A stretch of 60,300 nucleotides of DNA, the filler included, from Gonapodya sp. JEL0774 (Eukaryota): NCBI GenBank assembly GCA_027604505.1. It is 14 parts of 14 records of this genome, joined end to end, with 100 filler letters (N's around TTAATTAATTAA, not from the genome) between each part and the next. Parts side by side here need not be neighbours in the genome. Positions count along the whole stretch, not along the records: positions 8,667 to 12,896 come from JADIIX010001012.1; positions 12,997 to 17,221 come from JADIIX010001013.1; positions 17,322 to 21,544 come from JADIIX010001014.1; positions 21,645 to 25,860 come from JADIIX010001015.1; 10 more parts are not named here. One strand, 5' to 3'. The translations under genes were made by a program, and so were the position numbers. Of the stretch, positions 11,963 to 23,821 are shown piece after piece. The stretch's first letter is position 1. Each line of letters starts with the position of its first letter. The notes under the pieces were generated by a model, which did not search any database, was not told where the DNA came from, and was given only the letters and a program-made list of their open reading frames with translations.

Positions 11963-13531
11963 CCCACACATCTCAATTCTCACTTCGACAACGCCAGGCA
12001 GTTTATACGTTGACGCTCGGCGTCCCCATGAACTCGCTATTACTGTGATTCAGTGCTAATTATAACAACCGATGATTCCGTAGTGTAATATGAACAGTTA
12101 CCATTATTTGTTCGATCTGTCTTGATTGGTTCATAAATATGGGATTGATTACCTCGACAATTTGACCACCACAACGCCAAAATATACATTGATCGCCTAG
12201 CTACACCCCACGGCCCGACGTGTCACCGCCAGCTCCTGCACGTACAGTACACCTGCGGCACCCCCGCCCACCACATAGCCTCGAACCATGATTCGCATCC
12301 CGAGTGACTGCAGTGAGAGACCGGTCGGATCACTCGTAGACATGACAGTATAGGGAATTGAATGTGCCAGAGACAAATACGCCGAGTGGGCGGTCGAGCA
12401 CCATGAAATGTGGAAACAAACCCACACCGTCCAGGCGACAAGCAAAAAAGAAGAAAGGATTCGTCCCTGCGCACATAACACAACAGAGCGCTCAGGTCGG
12501 CAGAATCAGGGTCAAAATTTGCAATCTGTGTGGAGTTATGGACGGAGAGTGGTGGAGGCTGGGGAGGATACGGCAGGGCTTCGACGGCACCCTGAGCGTC
12601 ACGTAGAAGTGCGCTGTCGGGGCACGTGGGAAAGGGTGAGTTGTGGTGAGAAGATGTGATACGCGGGGATACTCCGGTCCGGCGTCGAAGAACGCACCTG
12701 CTCCACCTCCCTCTTCACCACCGCGAACATCTCTGCGGGACACCACCGCAAGTAACGGCCAAACGTAGCAAACACGACGACCGAGGCAGAAACGACGGGA
12801 GAACAAGCGGGAGAAGAAGAAAAAATCACACACACGGGTCAGCCTGTCCCCTCCCCCTCTGCCCCCACCCCCCCCATCCCCGTACCCACCCCCACCNNNN
12901 NNNNNNNNNNNNNNNNNNNNNNNNNNNNNNNNNNNNNNNNTTAATTAATTAANNNNNNNNNNNNNNNNNNNNNNNNNNNNNNNNNNNNNNNNNNNNTGTG
13001 CAGCTTCTTAACTTGCTTGATAAAGTTCAGATTTCGCAGTGACATGGACATTGCCACTTTCTCCAGGCAAAATCCAGACTTAGTGAGACTACTAGAGCTC
13101 AATGTGATCCTGGGGTTCGGATCACCGTTCGCAGGAGAGAGTCGAAATGTACATGCCGTATAAACTGAGTCAAAAAAAAACAATATACGATTACGTAACA
13201 CAGAAACTCATCAATTCGTCACGCAGCCTCCGCGATTATTTCTCTCGTCATCTCTCCTCTGGAGTATTTCATTTGGATCGTTTGTCTGGCGGGCTGGGTC
13301 GTGGCGTTCACATGACGAAATTGATCGTCGACCGAATCCACACATAAAATCAGCCCAACCAGCCCCCGAGGAGCGTAATAGGTAAGCGATCGCTGTTGGT
13401 GGTATATGAGATGCTCTGAAACGTCCTTGATCGCTTGCCCTCTGCTCCATTCGCCACAACTAAATCACTGACTGTCATGCATCAGCTCCTGTCAAACCAC
13501 TCCCATCTGCAAACATCCTTCACCACAAGCG

Positions 13532-13771
13532 ATGGCCGCCCTGAATCGCCGCACCACATACGCTTTTCCTGAATCCAGCAATCCCTCTTCTCCCCCACCG
13601 ATCCCATCTGGGGGTAAAACCTATTCAAATCAACTTCCCCTTCCAAATCACTCATCCAATCGGTCTCGGAGGGAGGAGAATGTGGAGTACTGGGTCAATA
13701 TAGCGTTCGTAGTATTTATCCTGGCAATGCTGGGCGGAGCCTTCGCTTTGATTCGCGTAATGGCGGACTGA
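13532..13771 (+). CDS. Small protein with C-terminal transmembrane helix (tail-anchored-like)
   Basis: 79-aa ATG ORF, Pro/Ser-rich N-terminus, hydrophobic YWVNIAFVVFILAMLGGAFALI near the C-terminus. Confidence 0.5.
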   Translation: MAALNRRTTYAFPESSNPSSPPPIPSGGKTYSNQLPLPNHSSNRSRREENVEYWVNIAFVVFILAMLGGAFALIRVMAD

Positions 13772-14136
13772 ACATCAATACGGAGTTGCTGCAGTACACA
13801 ATCAGACACTAAGGATATCCGTATGCGTTATATCAAAGCTCAATCATCACAAGCTGTGACGATTATGAAATTAGTGTTGTTATCTGCCTTTCGTTTGGTT
13901 TCCGTTGACAAGGCCGGAAATATGATATGAATATCGAAAACCGCAATGATAGTGACATCATCGTCGCGTTTATTGTCGCTTAGCGGGGATAATTACTTTC
14001 TCGGCCAAACGAAATGTGTCGGCAATGAATCCATTTGTGGTGTCTGGCGGCCCGCGTCAGCACCTCTTCCACCCTCCTGTTCCCACCGATCGCTTCACGA
14101 ATTCGCCTTCTCCGAACATCCACGACTACTGCAGCC

Positions 14137-15837
14137 ATGCCCGTCAAAGTAATGCTCTGGGGTTGGGGTCTCATGAATCCCATTTGCGCCAAATACGTTC
14201 TCGTAGGTTCATCTCTGTTTTGCGTCCCTTGAGATTCTCCGAGGACCTGACAACGAGTTCAATCGGCCGCCAATAGCAAAATGGAGGGGAAATCGTCCTC
14301 ATCGTAGACAGGAACGCTGCCAGAGTCGGCAAAACTGGTAGGTATCCCCTATGGTTCTCGCCGGCACAGCATGTTCAATAACAAAGTCTGGTCTCACTCC
14401 TCCCGGATTCGCCCTCTACAGTTGGAGATCTCACTTCCGACCTTCCCTCCATTTCTAGTTTGGTCGTCACTCCTCCATCTGACGCGGCTGCTGCCATCGC
14501 AGCCACCAAACCCGACATTTGCATTCTCGCAACACGGTCCACTCTGAAAGAACTCGAAGAGCCCATCCTTGCATGTGTGTCCAAGGGCGTCTCAGTTGTC
14601 ACTGTTGCGGAGGAGGCGACATACCCACTTACCACAGCCAAGAGTGAGGATAACGCGCCAGTTGCCAGCTTCTTCCCGTTGCTAGATTTACCATTCCTCA
14701 ACACGTACCCTGACCAGCTGTCGTCGAGAAAGTCGACAAAGTTGCCAAAGCCAACAACGCCGCCATTTTCGGATCAGGATACTCGGAGTGGGCCTGGGTC
14801 GTCGTTCCCGCCGCCATCGCCGGTGCGGCTGCCACCGTGTCTAAGGTGGTTGGATTGTCGTCGTACAATGTGAGTTCGATAACCTCGAGTGTGGCATGAC
14901 CGATATCGTCTCTGCTCACGTCATTGACTTCCCGTTAATTAGGTGAACGACTACGGCTCTGCTCTCTGTGAAAAGCACGGCGTTGGCCTCTCTGCCGCTG
15001 ATTTCCAGGCCAAAATCTCCTCGCAAGCATCCACTGCCGGCCCTTCGTATGCATGGTCTGCCTCTGAGGGGCTCGCCAACGCGCTCGGCTTCACTGTTAC
15101 AAAGGTAATCCAGGAGTTCCAGCCCACATTCGCAAATGTACCAGTGTACTGTGAGGTACTCAAGAGGACTCTAGAAGTTGGAACCTGTACTGGAATGGCA
15201 GCGAAAGGTGGGTACTTCCTCTCCCGCTCTACATATGTGACCCACCGGGCTCATCCGATCACGTCTCCTCTTTCTACGCTGGCTGCTGGATCCCAGCCAC
15301 TGTCACCACTGTGGAAGTGAGATTCCCAAATCGCTGACTATGGCCACGCCATATTCCTGACATTTCCAACTGCCGCTTTTGCCCTGCAATCCCCCCTGTC
15401 CAGGGTGCTGAGATCATTTTCAGTACAGTCGGAAAAGTGTACGCGCCAGGAGATGAAGATTGTAATGACTGGGAGATTTGTAAGTGTTTGTGCAGTGCTA
15501 GCTTTGTAGGGTACCGGAGAATCAACTCACAGTACCTGCTTCACTTTGATGCACAAAGTCGGGGACCCTGCCAAGATCACCCTGAAGATGCCAGTCCCAC
15601 CAACTGTCGAGACAACATGCGCTTCTGCTGTGAGTTTTATTTCGTGCAGCTGCTGTGCTCATTTTATATGAGATTCAATCAAACATTGTTCTCGAATATT
15701 TGCAGGTCAACCGTATCCCGCAGATCCTTTCTGGCCCGGCCGGATACATCACCTTCAAGGACCTCGGGGCGATTAACTACATCGCGGGCAAGTTCCCAGA
15801 TGTTCACCGCAAGGGTGCGCCCGGGTCTGCTGCGTAG
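14137..15837 (+). CDS. NAD(P)-dependent oxidoreductase, DapB-like / 2,4-diaminopentanoate dehydrogenase family; 8 introns
   Basis: Spliced: MPVKVMLWGWGLM (Rossmann), GVSVVTVAEEATYP, IFGSG, SSYNVNDYGSALCEKHGVGLSAADF, PSYAWSASEGL, GMAAK, VGKVYAPGDEDCNDWEI, PPTVETTCASAVNRIPQILSGPAGYIT. Confidence 0.85.
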
Positions 15838-16484
15838 GTTTGTGGCGTACGGACGGGCAACGTTATCTCAATAATCTCACACGAGGCGTCCTTCGGAGCG
15901 TACTCAGCGCGTCGGTGTAGGAAAACTAAATTTGTTACTTATTCGTGGATTATGATTTTGTCAACATCTGTGGTCACTTCCATTTGCGCGTTGTTAAGTT
16001 TCTCGCACTACTTCTCTGTGGGACAATAATAGAGGGGAATCCAAGACATGACTGCTGGAGTAGCACTATTGCAGCCGCCGCATATTCCTGATCCCGGCCC
16101 ACAACCTCCACGTTTATTCCATTTGTTTGATATATACGGCGAGTATCATGCTGCTTCTATCTCTTCCAATAATTTACTAGCTCATTTGAATGGGGAGCTT
16201 GGGGCCTTGGAGCACTCTAGAATGAGAGACGTCGGGTTGGTTGACTGATCGCCGCGAAATGGAAACACTAAGACGTGTATTATTGAGGAAAGTTCTCCAA
16301 GAAAATCCAGGTACAAAATGAAAGCCACGCATCTGTCTGCCACATCCATGAGGGGTTCCGTATCACTCCCTCTCTTCGGCTTCATTCACTCTCACCACAA
16401 TAACAACTAAGGACAAAAACTCGACCAAATAATGATGGAAGATCATTCGCGGGTTTCCCATACCAAAGAACTGTGTTTGACCGT

Positions 16485-17221
16485 CTAGTTTCCTCGACTG
16501 AACAATTTCTTGAGCCATCCTCCAGAGAACCACCCATTCTCTTTAATGCCAAGCCGCTCAAGGAAACTTGGACCCTTGGCCTGCGGTGCTTCTGTTGCGG
16601 GGGTACTGGCAGCGGCGGCGGGGGCGGCCGCTTCCTTCGCCTTCGCCTTGGCTGTTGCCGCTACAGCCTTCTTTCCCTTCTTGCTCGCGGCTACTCCTCC
16701 GGGCTTCACATCCACCGCTCCTGCGTCCTTCATCTCCACGTCATTGGCTTCGGCTGACGCGACAGCTGTACTGGCGGATGATTCAGCGGAGCCGTTGGTC
16801 TTGTTTTTGCTGCCCGGCTTCGGGCCAGGCCTGGCGCGTGGGGTTCCATCCTGATGGTGACCGGAGCGGAGAGAACTGTCAGGCGCTACCACAGGGATCA
16901 TTTTGGGGTTGTTTAAATCACCTTCTTCAATTTCGGACTTCCACCATCCGAAACGTCTGCCACCACAGTCTGGGAGAGCTTCGCTCTTTTGGCACTCGTT
17001 AGCGCAGTGGCAGTCTCCGCCTCTGAAAACGTGCGCTTTGCTGATTTAGGTGCAGGAGTCTCCACTGCCGAGGCTGGAAGGGGAGTTACTGCAGTCGCAG
17101 GCTGAGTTGCAGCGACTGGTGACTTGGGAGCACGAGGCGCCGCCGAAGAAAGTGGCGTCGAGATGGCCGCAAACACTGGGACTGCCTTGGCAGGAAGAGG
17201 CGCTGGGACGGTTGAGAGTGA
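16485..17221 (-). CDS. 3' part of Ala/Pro/Lys-rich low-complexity protein with AT-hook-like PRARPGPKPGSKNK
   Basis: Two open exons (16913-17221 and ~16485-16870), truncated at the contig end. Confidence 0.55.
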
Positions 17222-17321
17222 NNNNNNNNNNNNNNNNNNNNNNNNNNNNNNNNNNNNNNNNNNNNTTAATTAATTAANNNNNNNNNNNNNNNNNNNNNNN
17301 NNNNNNNNNNNNNNNNNNNNN

Positions 17322-19218
17322 ACCACCCACTGACAATGCGACCCGCCCACACCACTGCGTCTTGCTCCTAGCACCCATGACATGGTACCCCTCAACCAGG
17401 CCAATTATTTCCATGTTCTCTTTGCCAATGTCAACATGTCAATCTCTGCACAGGGATGGCAGACCCTGGATGTCATAGGCCGCGGCAAAGTCGCACACGC
17501 GGACGTATTTGAACACCACCCTATCCATCACATCAAACTCCTGTGCTGGTCACACACCAACCCCAATCCCGCCGACCGCCACCCCACTCGCCACCACATC
17601 GCCTCAATCCCTTATGATTCCTGGCGTGACGTGTGGCCGAGGATAAACTCACTCGACCACTTCAATGTTGTTTGAGTGTTGATTCGCGGTTCAAACAACA
17701 TGAACCTGGATTGCAAGCACGAGTACATGAGCAAATATGGCTGGATGTACTACGACCCCTCCGTCTCCCCTATTCACAACCTCCGCCGCTGTTTCACCAC
17801 CATGAGCCCCTGGCAGATCCGCACGAAAATGGAAGGACAGCAGGAGGCCAGATCGGCACCCAGGACATCAACCACCAAGAGCACAAGGAGAAGGAGGAAC
17901 GCTGACTGCTGGAGGTTGAGGTTCGCAACCTCCGCATCCAGGCAGAGCTTGAGATGAAGACCAGGAATATATCATCCCAAGCAACCATCATGGAAAAGGA
18001 GAACATCACCCTCCACCGAGATCTGGCCAAGTTCCACGCCACCAGCTCCGCCACCTCCGCGCCCCACCCAAAGACCAAACCTGCCAATGCCATCCGCCTC
18101 CCCGTACCCAGCCCAACCCTCCCACCAAATACATCAAGCCCAGTGGTCAACCCCAACCCCCATTGCTGCACAGTCTTAGAGGTGGACCCCACCTTCTACT
18201 GCAGGGATGAAGGATTCCACCAGGGAGATGGTGAGTACCACCCTGTCACTGCTGAGGCTGCATTCCACGCAACCTGTCACCACAGTGAAATCGACAACCC
18301 CAAAGAGACATTCCCACTTTACATCCAACGAGCCGCTGACGGGAAGATGGAACCGGTGGTGACAGAATACATCCAGCCCACTATAACCACCTCTCACCTC
18401 ACCTTGTCTCTTCCCCAATACCAACCACACCCCCCGCACCGGCCTCAGCATCCAAATTGCTCTCCTTGGGCCCTCCACCACCCGCTCTCTGTCTCCATAC
18501 AATCTCCACCCAAACCTCAGCACCTGCCCCATCCACCCTAACACCCGCCAATAAGACTGCAATAGTTGTGGACAACTCTGAAGACACTGGCATCACGGCC
18601 AAAGACATAGCTGTGGCTGAGGAGAACCTGGCAGCGGCAAAGGTTCAACAGATCGAGCAAGAACAGGCAGAGAGGGAACTGTAGGAAGCTGAAACCACAG
18701 CCGCTGTTGCTGTCTCCCTCCACCTACCACCCCCCGTGGAACTGGACAGTACAGTACAATCCTGGGGGAAGTATTCGAGCGCTCACTCCAAGGCGCTGGA
18801 ACAGGCCCCGACCCTGACGTGCAGGAACAATGGGACATAGCAAAAGCAACAAAGGCATTCCTCTCGGTACAACCCCCTAATGCCAGAGTCCCCAGCGGAG
18901 TGAGCACCTGAAACCCAGGCAGCCCCAGCAATGCACCCGAGCCTAAACGCCCCTGTCGCTCCGCCCCGCCCCCACCCGCAGCCCCTCCTCATGACCCATT
19001 CTCATCTGATAACCTTGTTGGCGGAAGTGGATCAGTCCGGAGTCACCAGGAAGCAGCCAACCGCATCATCGGACAATAGGGCCACTGCAACAAAAAAGCC
19101 CAGACTGACACCCCTCGGCAGAGGAACAGAGGGGGAGAATGGGGAACTCAGTCTCAAGGACGTGGACGCCTTGTTGGGAGGTGGAGAGAAGGCAGAAGAG
19201 ACAGCAGGGCAAAGGTAG
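17322..19218 (+). pseudogene. Decayed long intronless ORF, probably transposon-derived
   Basis: Consecutive ORF pieces (17382-17675, 17676-17957, 17954-18541 and onward) broken by TGA/TAG stops and frameshifts. CA/TG-rich, CG-poor. Confidence 0.5.
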
Positions 19219-19756
19219 AGTCACCTCCCTGCTCCGTTCTTGCCCAGAAACGACCTTACCCCCACTCCCACCCCCGACCAACACTTAGGCAGGAGCAAAT
19301 TGCGCAAGTGAACTGCCGACCTTACATCCCCCACCTACCGACCACCCAGCTCGCCGGCTCCCTCTTGTCGTCATGACAATCTCAGGTACATCCCACCCAA
19401 CCACCTTCCCCAAGCTCAGCCCACCAAAGCGAGTGCATTGATCTCAACCTGACATATGGGAGAGATGAGCAGAAGTGTGAAGCGCTTAGAGAGGCGCGAC
19501 CTCGGTAGGAACCACAGACGTGCTCATGTATCGAATACAAAGTAGAGAATACCCGGCCCTGGAAAAGGATTGGGGGGTCTGAGGCTGGCAAATAGCACAG
19601 TTGTGATGGTTGCAGCCAATAAAAAGTGTTGACACGGTTGTGACGGTTCCTATTGGCCTGACGCCTCATGTTTTGCCACTCACTGCACACACACCAACCT
19701 GATTTGAGAGATTCGAAAGCAATTTGAGCTGACAAACACGGATTCAGCAATCTGCA

Positions 19757-21544
19757 ATGGAAACAGATCCAATTCTTGGCACTGAGGAGGAAATCAGCGA
19801 TGAGGAAGACTCCGAGATCGACATCAAACTTCTCTTCGACAACGGAGCCAGTGCGGACAAGACGCTGAAGAGCTGGGTGAGGACCACGTTAAAGTGCAGT
19901 GACATGACAACTGCTCAGAAGGCGTTCCTGGACTCAACACAGGATGAAGTGCAGTCAAAGCTTCTCAATGCAAAGGTGAGTAAACTCGTTTGATTTCAAG
20001 AACACAGCAAACTGCATAGCTTATCATGATTTAATAGCTTGGCGTAAATATCTCTATCAAAGCCCAGCAGGATGCTCTCTCAACTCTGAAAATATACCTT
20101 CCTCCAGACCAAATTATGCTCAGGGAACCCACTGCCGAATCTTATGGGGTCAATGGCGTGTTTTTCTTTGCTCCCGACTCGCAGGAAGTAGGCCCAACGG
20201 GGCAAGGAATCAAAGTTCTCTGCCCAAAATGTGGTGGGGACAGGAAGGTTGGGCGGACCAGCCGACGGTGTGTGCCGGACTATTCCGGTGCATCATCCTC
20301 GTGATTCGGCAATATGGCTACGAGTAGGTCCACTTTCTTTATCTCAATGTGAATTTATGTTTGTTTTGAGTTTTTTTTTGCAGAACCTGCAAGGAGTCTT
20401 CGAATGCTATGAGACCTGAGACTCAGAATCTCTTCCCACTTGCCAGTGCCAGTGAGTCATGCTTTTTGACCCATATTTTAGCTTCACCAATTCAAGTTCT
20501 TGCCAAGTTTTTCGCAAGTATTTTTGTAGAGCTCAAGAAGATGGGGCAAAACCGCGCAGCTGCTACATGACCACAGAACTCCTGCACTATAATATCAATC
20601 ACCTCCCAAGGATGGGAGCAAATGCACTTTGCAAGCATATGACTCGTATGTGCTATGCTTTCTTTCTTAACTCTGTGGAGCCATACTTAATGATTGTTGG
20701 TTGCAGGGGAGTGTGTCTGACGATTCCATAGAGACAGCAAGGAGCTCGCGCTTCGTCTCCAAAGGAATCCAAATTCAAAAGCCGGAGTGTGGCGTCGTAC
20801 TTTGCGCCAGTCACAGTAAGTATCTCAGCGTCTCCAGGAGGCTTCGGGTATTGGAATTGTAAACATGCTATTCCCAGACAGCATCCCCACCAAAACATGA
20901 TCCTGCTCGCCTCCTCAAACCAACGCTTCTAGAGTCTATCAGTGATCCCAATGGGTGAGTTTGATATCTCTATGATCAATGAAAATTGAGCCTGCAGGCG
21001 GTGTCTTAACATTTCCAAATTTTAGGTATAATGCTCGAGCACCGACAGCAATCTGGATGCGAACTCTTTTCTACAACCACGTTCTAACAACTGAGCTGCC
21101 CCTTTGGAATGAGCTCCGTGCTCTTCTACCATGTCAGCTTCCCGAAATGTCCTCTGTGTCAAACTTGGCGGTAACTGCATGTTGATTTATCATTTTGTAC
21201 CCCAGTCAAATATTGTCGTCATGACCACCATCACAAAGTCACCAAAGTTATCTGCGAGTTCAAAGGCAGCTCCGCACTCACACTATCAGAATCCCAAACA
21301 AAGGAGAAGGTGTACACTGAATCAGTCTTTCTAGTCACAGAGTTTGATGAGATTGTGGGATTTGTGAGCAACAAGCAATTTGGGGTTCCTTACAATTGCT
21401 TTGAGTTTCCTTGTCACCTGGTTTCATGGCTAGGACTTCGTGCCAAACCTCTCAAACGATGCCCTCATGTTAAGGATATAGAGAGAATCCAGCACTCTGC
21501 CCCTGTACAGGTTTTGCCACCATAGCTTAACACCTCAAGCCCCT
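19757..21544 (+). pseudogene. DUF6729-like putative transposase gene, intron-containing, degenerate
   Basis: VFFFAP...KVLCPKC; SISDPN/GYNARAPTAIWMRTLF; YCRHDHHHKVTKVI...VFLVTEFDEIVGFV. This resembles the DHxxKVxK...TNExGEI pattern of fungal DUF6729-associated proteins. Frameshift near 20255-20300. Confidence 0.5.
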
Positions 21545-21644
21545 NNNNNNNNNNNNNNNNNNNNNNNNNNNNNNNNNNNNNNNNNNNNTTAATTAATTAA
21601 NNNNNNNNNNNNNNNNNNNNNNNNNNNNNNNNNNNNNNNNNNNN

Positions 21645-21898
21645 GCTTTGACTGCCATATCCAAAGCTTCTATGAGATTAACCTTGGCGTGTATCTGATC
21701 ACCAGACTGGAGCATCAGTTCTGCCACTCTGAGGAATTCCTTGCTCGCTTGAGCGTAGAGCCCCGACGCCTTCTTATCCTGGGCCTTGATGAGTCTCCCA
21801 CGCATGTCTTTGGGAAGGTTCTTGATGAACTCTTCGTTGGTTCGAGGCCTGGACGTATGGCGTTCCCGTAGAATGGTGAAAGTCGCAAGTTTCGGCAT
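21645..21898 (-). CDS. 5' end of helical (TPR-like) protein, truncated by contig end
   Basis: MPKLATF...GLYAQASKEFLRVAELMLQSGDQIHAKVNLIEALDMA, divergent from the TRA2 gene. Confidence 0.45.
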
Positions 21899-22103
21899 GG
21901 GGGTTCGATATTTCCACGGGATCAGAGAATTCGGGAACGACAATGGAAAGAATTGAACGACGAGCGGCGATCGAGGCAGCCACTGATGTGATGGGATGAA
22001 GCGAAAAGTGTCTGGAGGATTCGCATTTGTGAACGTTCAACGCGGCTGTGGTTGTGCACGGCCCAAGCGGATTGTCTTGCGACTGCGCACGATTTTCGCA
22101 AAT

Positions 22104-23564
22104 ATGGGCGACACTTTTCGCGGTGCCGCCGGCAGAGATGAAAAGCCCAGAGAGTGAGGGGATTGCCCGGCGCTGCGTACTCCGGTATCCGCTTTGACAA
22201 TATTGTGTGCAATCCTTTTCATTGGCTGCGAACCGCAGACCCTCGAAAGTGCTTGGCTGCTTCAATCTTAGCATCTACACTCGCGTATGTTGTGGCCCTT
22301 CTTATCCTCCCCCGGAGTACGTCCAGACATGCCTGGTTGACATGTGAGGAGGACTGGACGAGCAAGTCCCTTTTGGGGAGACCCTCCAACGCACAAGGAC
22401 GTGAAGACGACACACCGTTTTATTCTTGTCTCTGACTTCGAGCTTGCTACTCGCTGTCATCCAGCTGTTAGCGTGAAGACTCTTGGAACAACGAAGATGT
22501 TCGTTGCTAGCACGGATTGTCTCCACATTATCCATTCGCCGACTCGCGAAATCAGGAAGACTTTGAACGCTTGAACACTTGAAGACGTGAAGACTTTAAG
22601 CCGTGAAGACGTCGAGTCCGTTCGTCGAGATACCCTATGCGTTTTTCTTTTGGCCCGCAACCCGTGCTATTTCCAGCCGTTCTGTTGACACTATGCAAAC
22701 AAATCTTCATCCACTTCTACTATAAAAATCACCCCGCCTTTGGGCATGTATTCATCCTCCATCCCGTCACCAGGAATCTGACTTGGAAAAGATGTTTGGC
22801 GAGTACGGTCCTTTAGAGAAGGCCGTCATCCTCCGCGACGCCGTATCAGGACGCAGCAAGAAGTATGGATTCGTTTACAGTGAGTTTTCTCTGATCTTAT
22901 TGGAATCCTATTTCGATTCGTCATACGTCCCTATCATTTCTGTATCAGTGGACAACATCGACGACGCCATCAAGGCGAAGGAAGCCCTCAACGACAAGGC
23001 AAGTGTCACGGGATACCCTGTCCTAGAATCCCTCTCTGCTTGTTTCTCATCGTGCAGAGTCCTCCATCCAAACTCACAGGAATTCAACGACCGCCGCATG
23101 CGTGTCGACTATTCTCTCACTGCTGGGCCTCACGCAGCCACACCCGGCCAATACATGGGCCGGCCCACGTGAGTAAATACAAACTTGAATTTGCCCTTCA
23201 CCGTCCTTTGCTGACCCTTATTGTTACCCCCCAGTGAGCGCCGCAGCTCCCGGGACCGCTACAGCGGTAGCCGCCGCGACGACTACCGTCGGCGTAGCCC
23301 CTCCCCTCGCCGGTACCGAGACAGGAGCAGGGACAAGGATTACAAGAGAGACAGGAGCCGTAGCAGGGATCGGTGAGTGGGACTCTTGAGGAGATTTGCG
23401 ACATCTCCCTCAACATGGATCCACTCCATTGTGCAATTTGAACACCTTATGATAACTTCAGGTCCCGTCGTGACCGCACCCGCTCTCGCTCCCGTGACCG
23501 TGACTACAAGCCCGCTAGACGTGACTCTCGCTCCAGGTCGAGAGACAGATCGCACAGGGCCTAA
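22104..23564 (+). CDS. TRA2: Transformer-2-like RRM/RS splicing factor
   Basis: Exons 22104-22153, 22239-22284, 22774-22879, 22949-22998, 23080-23168, ~23235-23371, ~23462-23564. They give PSKVLGCFNLSIYTRESDLEKMF...RSKKYGFVY...RMRVDYSLTAGPHAATPGQYMGRPT (TRA2 linker signature) and an RS/RD tail. Confidence 0.92.
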
Positions 23565-23821
23565 GGGTACAGCTGTAGACGACATATGCGACGAGGGATG
23601 AATATATGAAGGCAGGGTCCGTGAGGGCGGCAGATGGTGTGTCACCTTTAGAGGACGGACGTACACCACACGTGAGATAGTTGTAAGCCTAGGTGGTGGG
23701 ACAGGAGTGCCTGCAACGTACATAATGCAATTTGCGAGAAGGATACACAAAAGATCTTTTCGGTTGAGAAGTGTGGTAATCATGTTCGAATCATATGGAC
23801 CACGCCGAACTCGAGAAACTC

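Noticed and set aside
12197..12896. Minus-strand ORF pieces at the end of contig 3
   Set aside because: Possibly a gene 3' end, but no frame or family could be supported.
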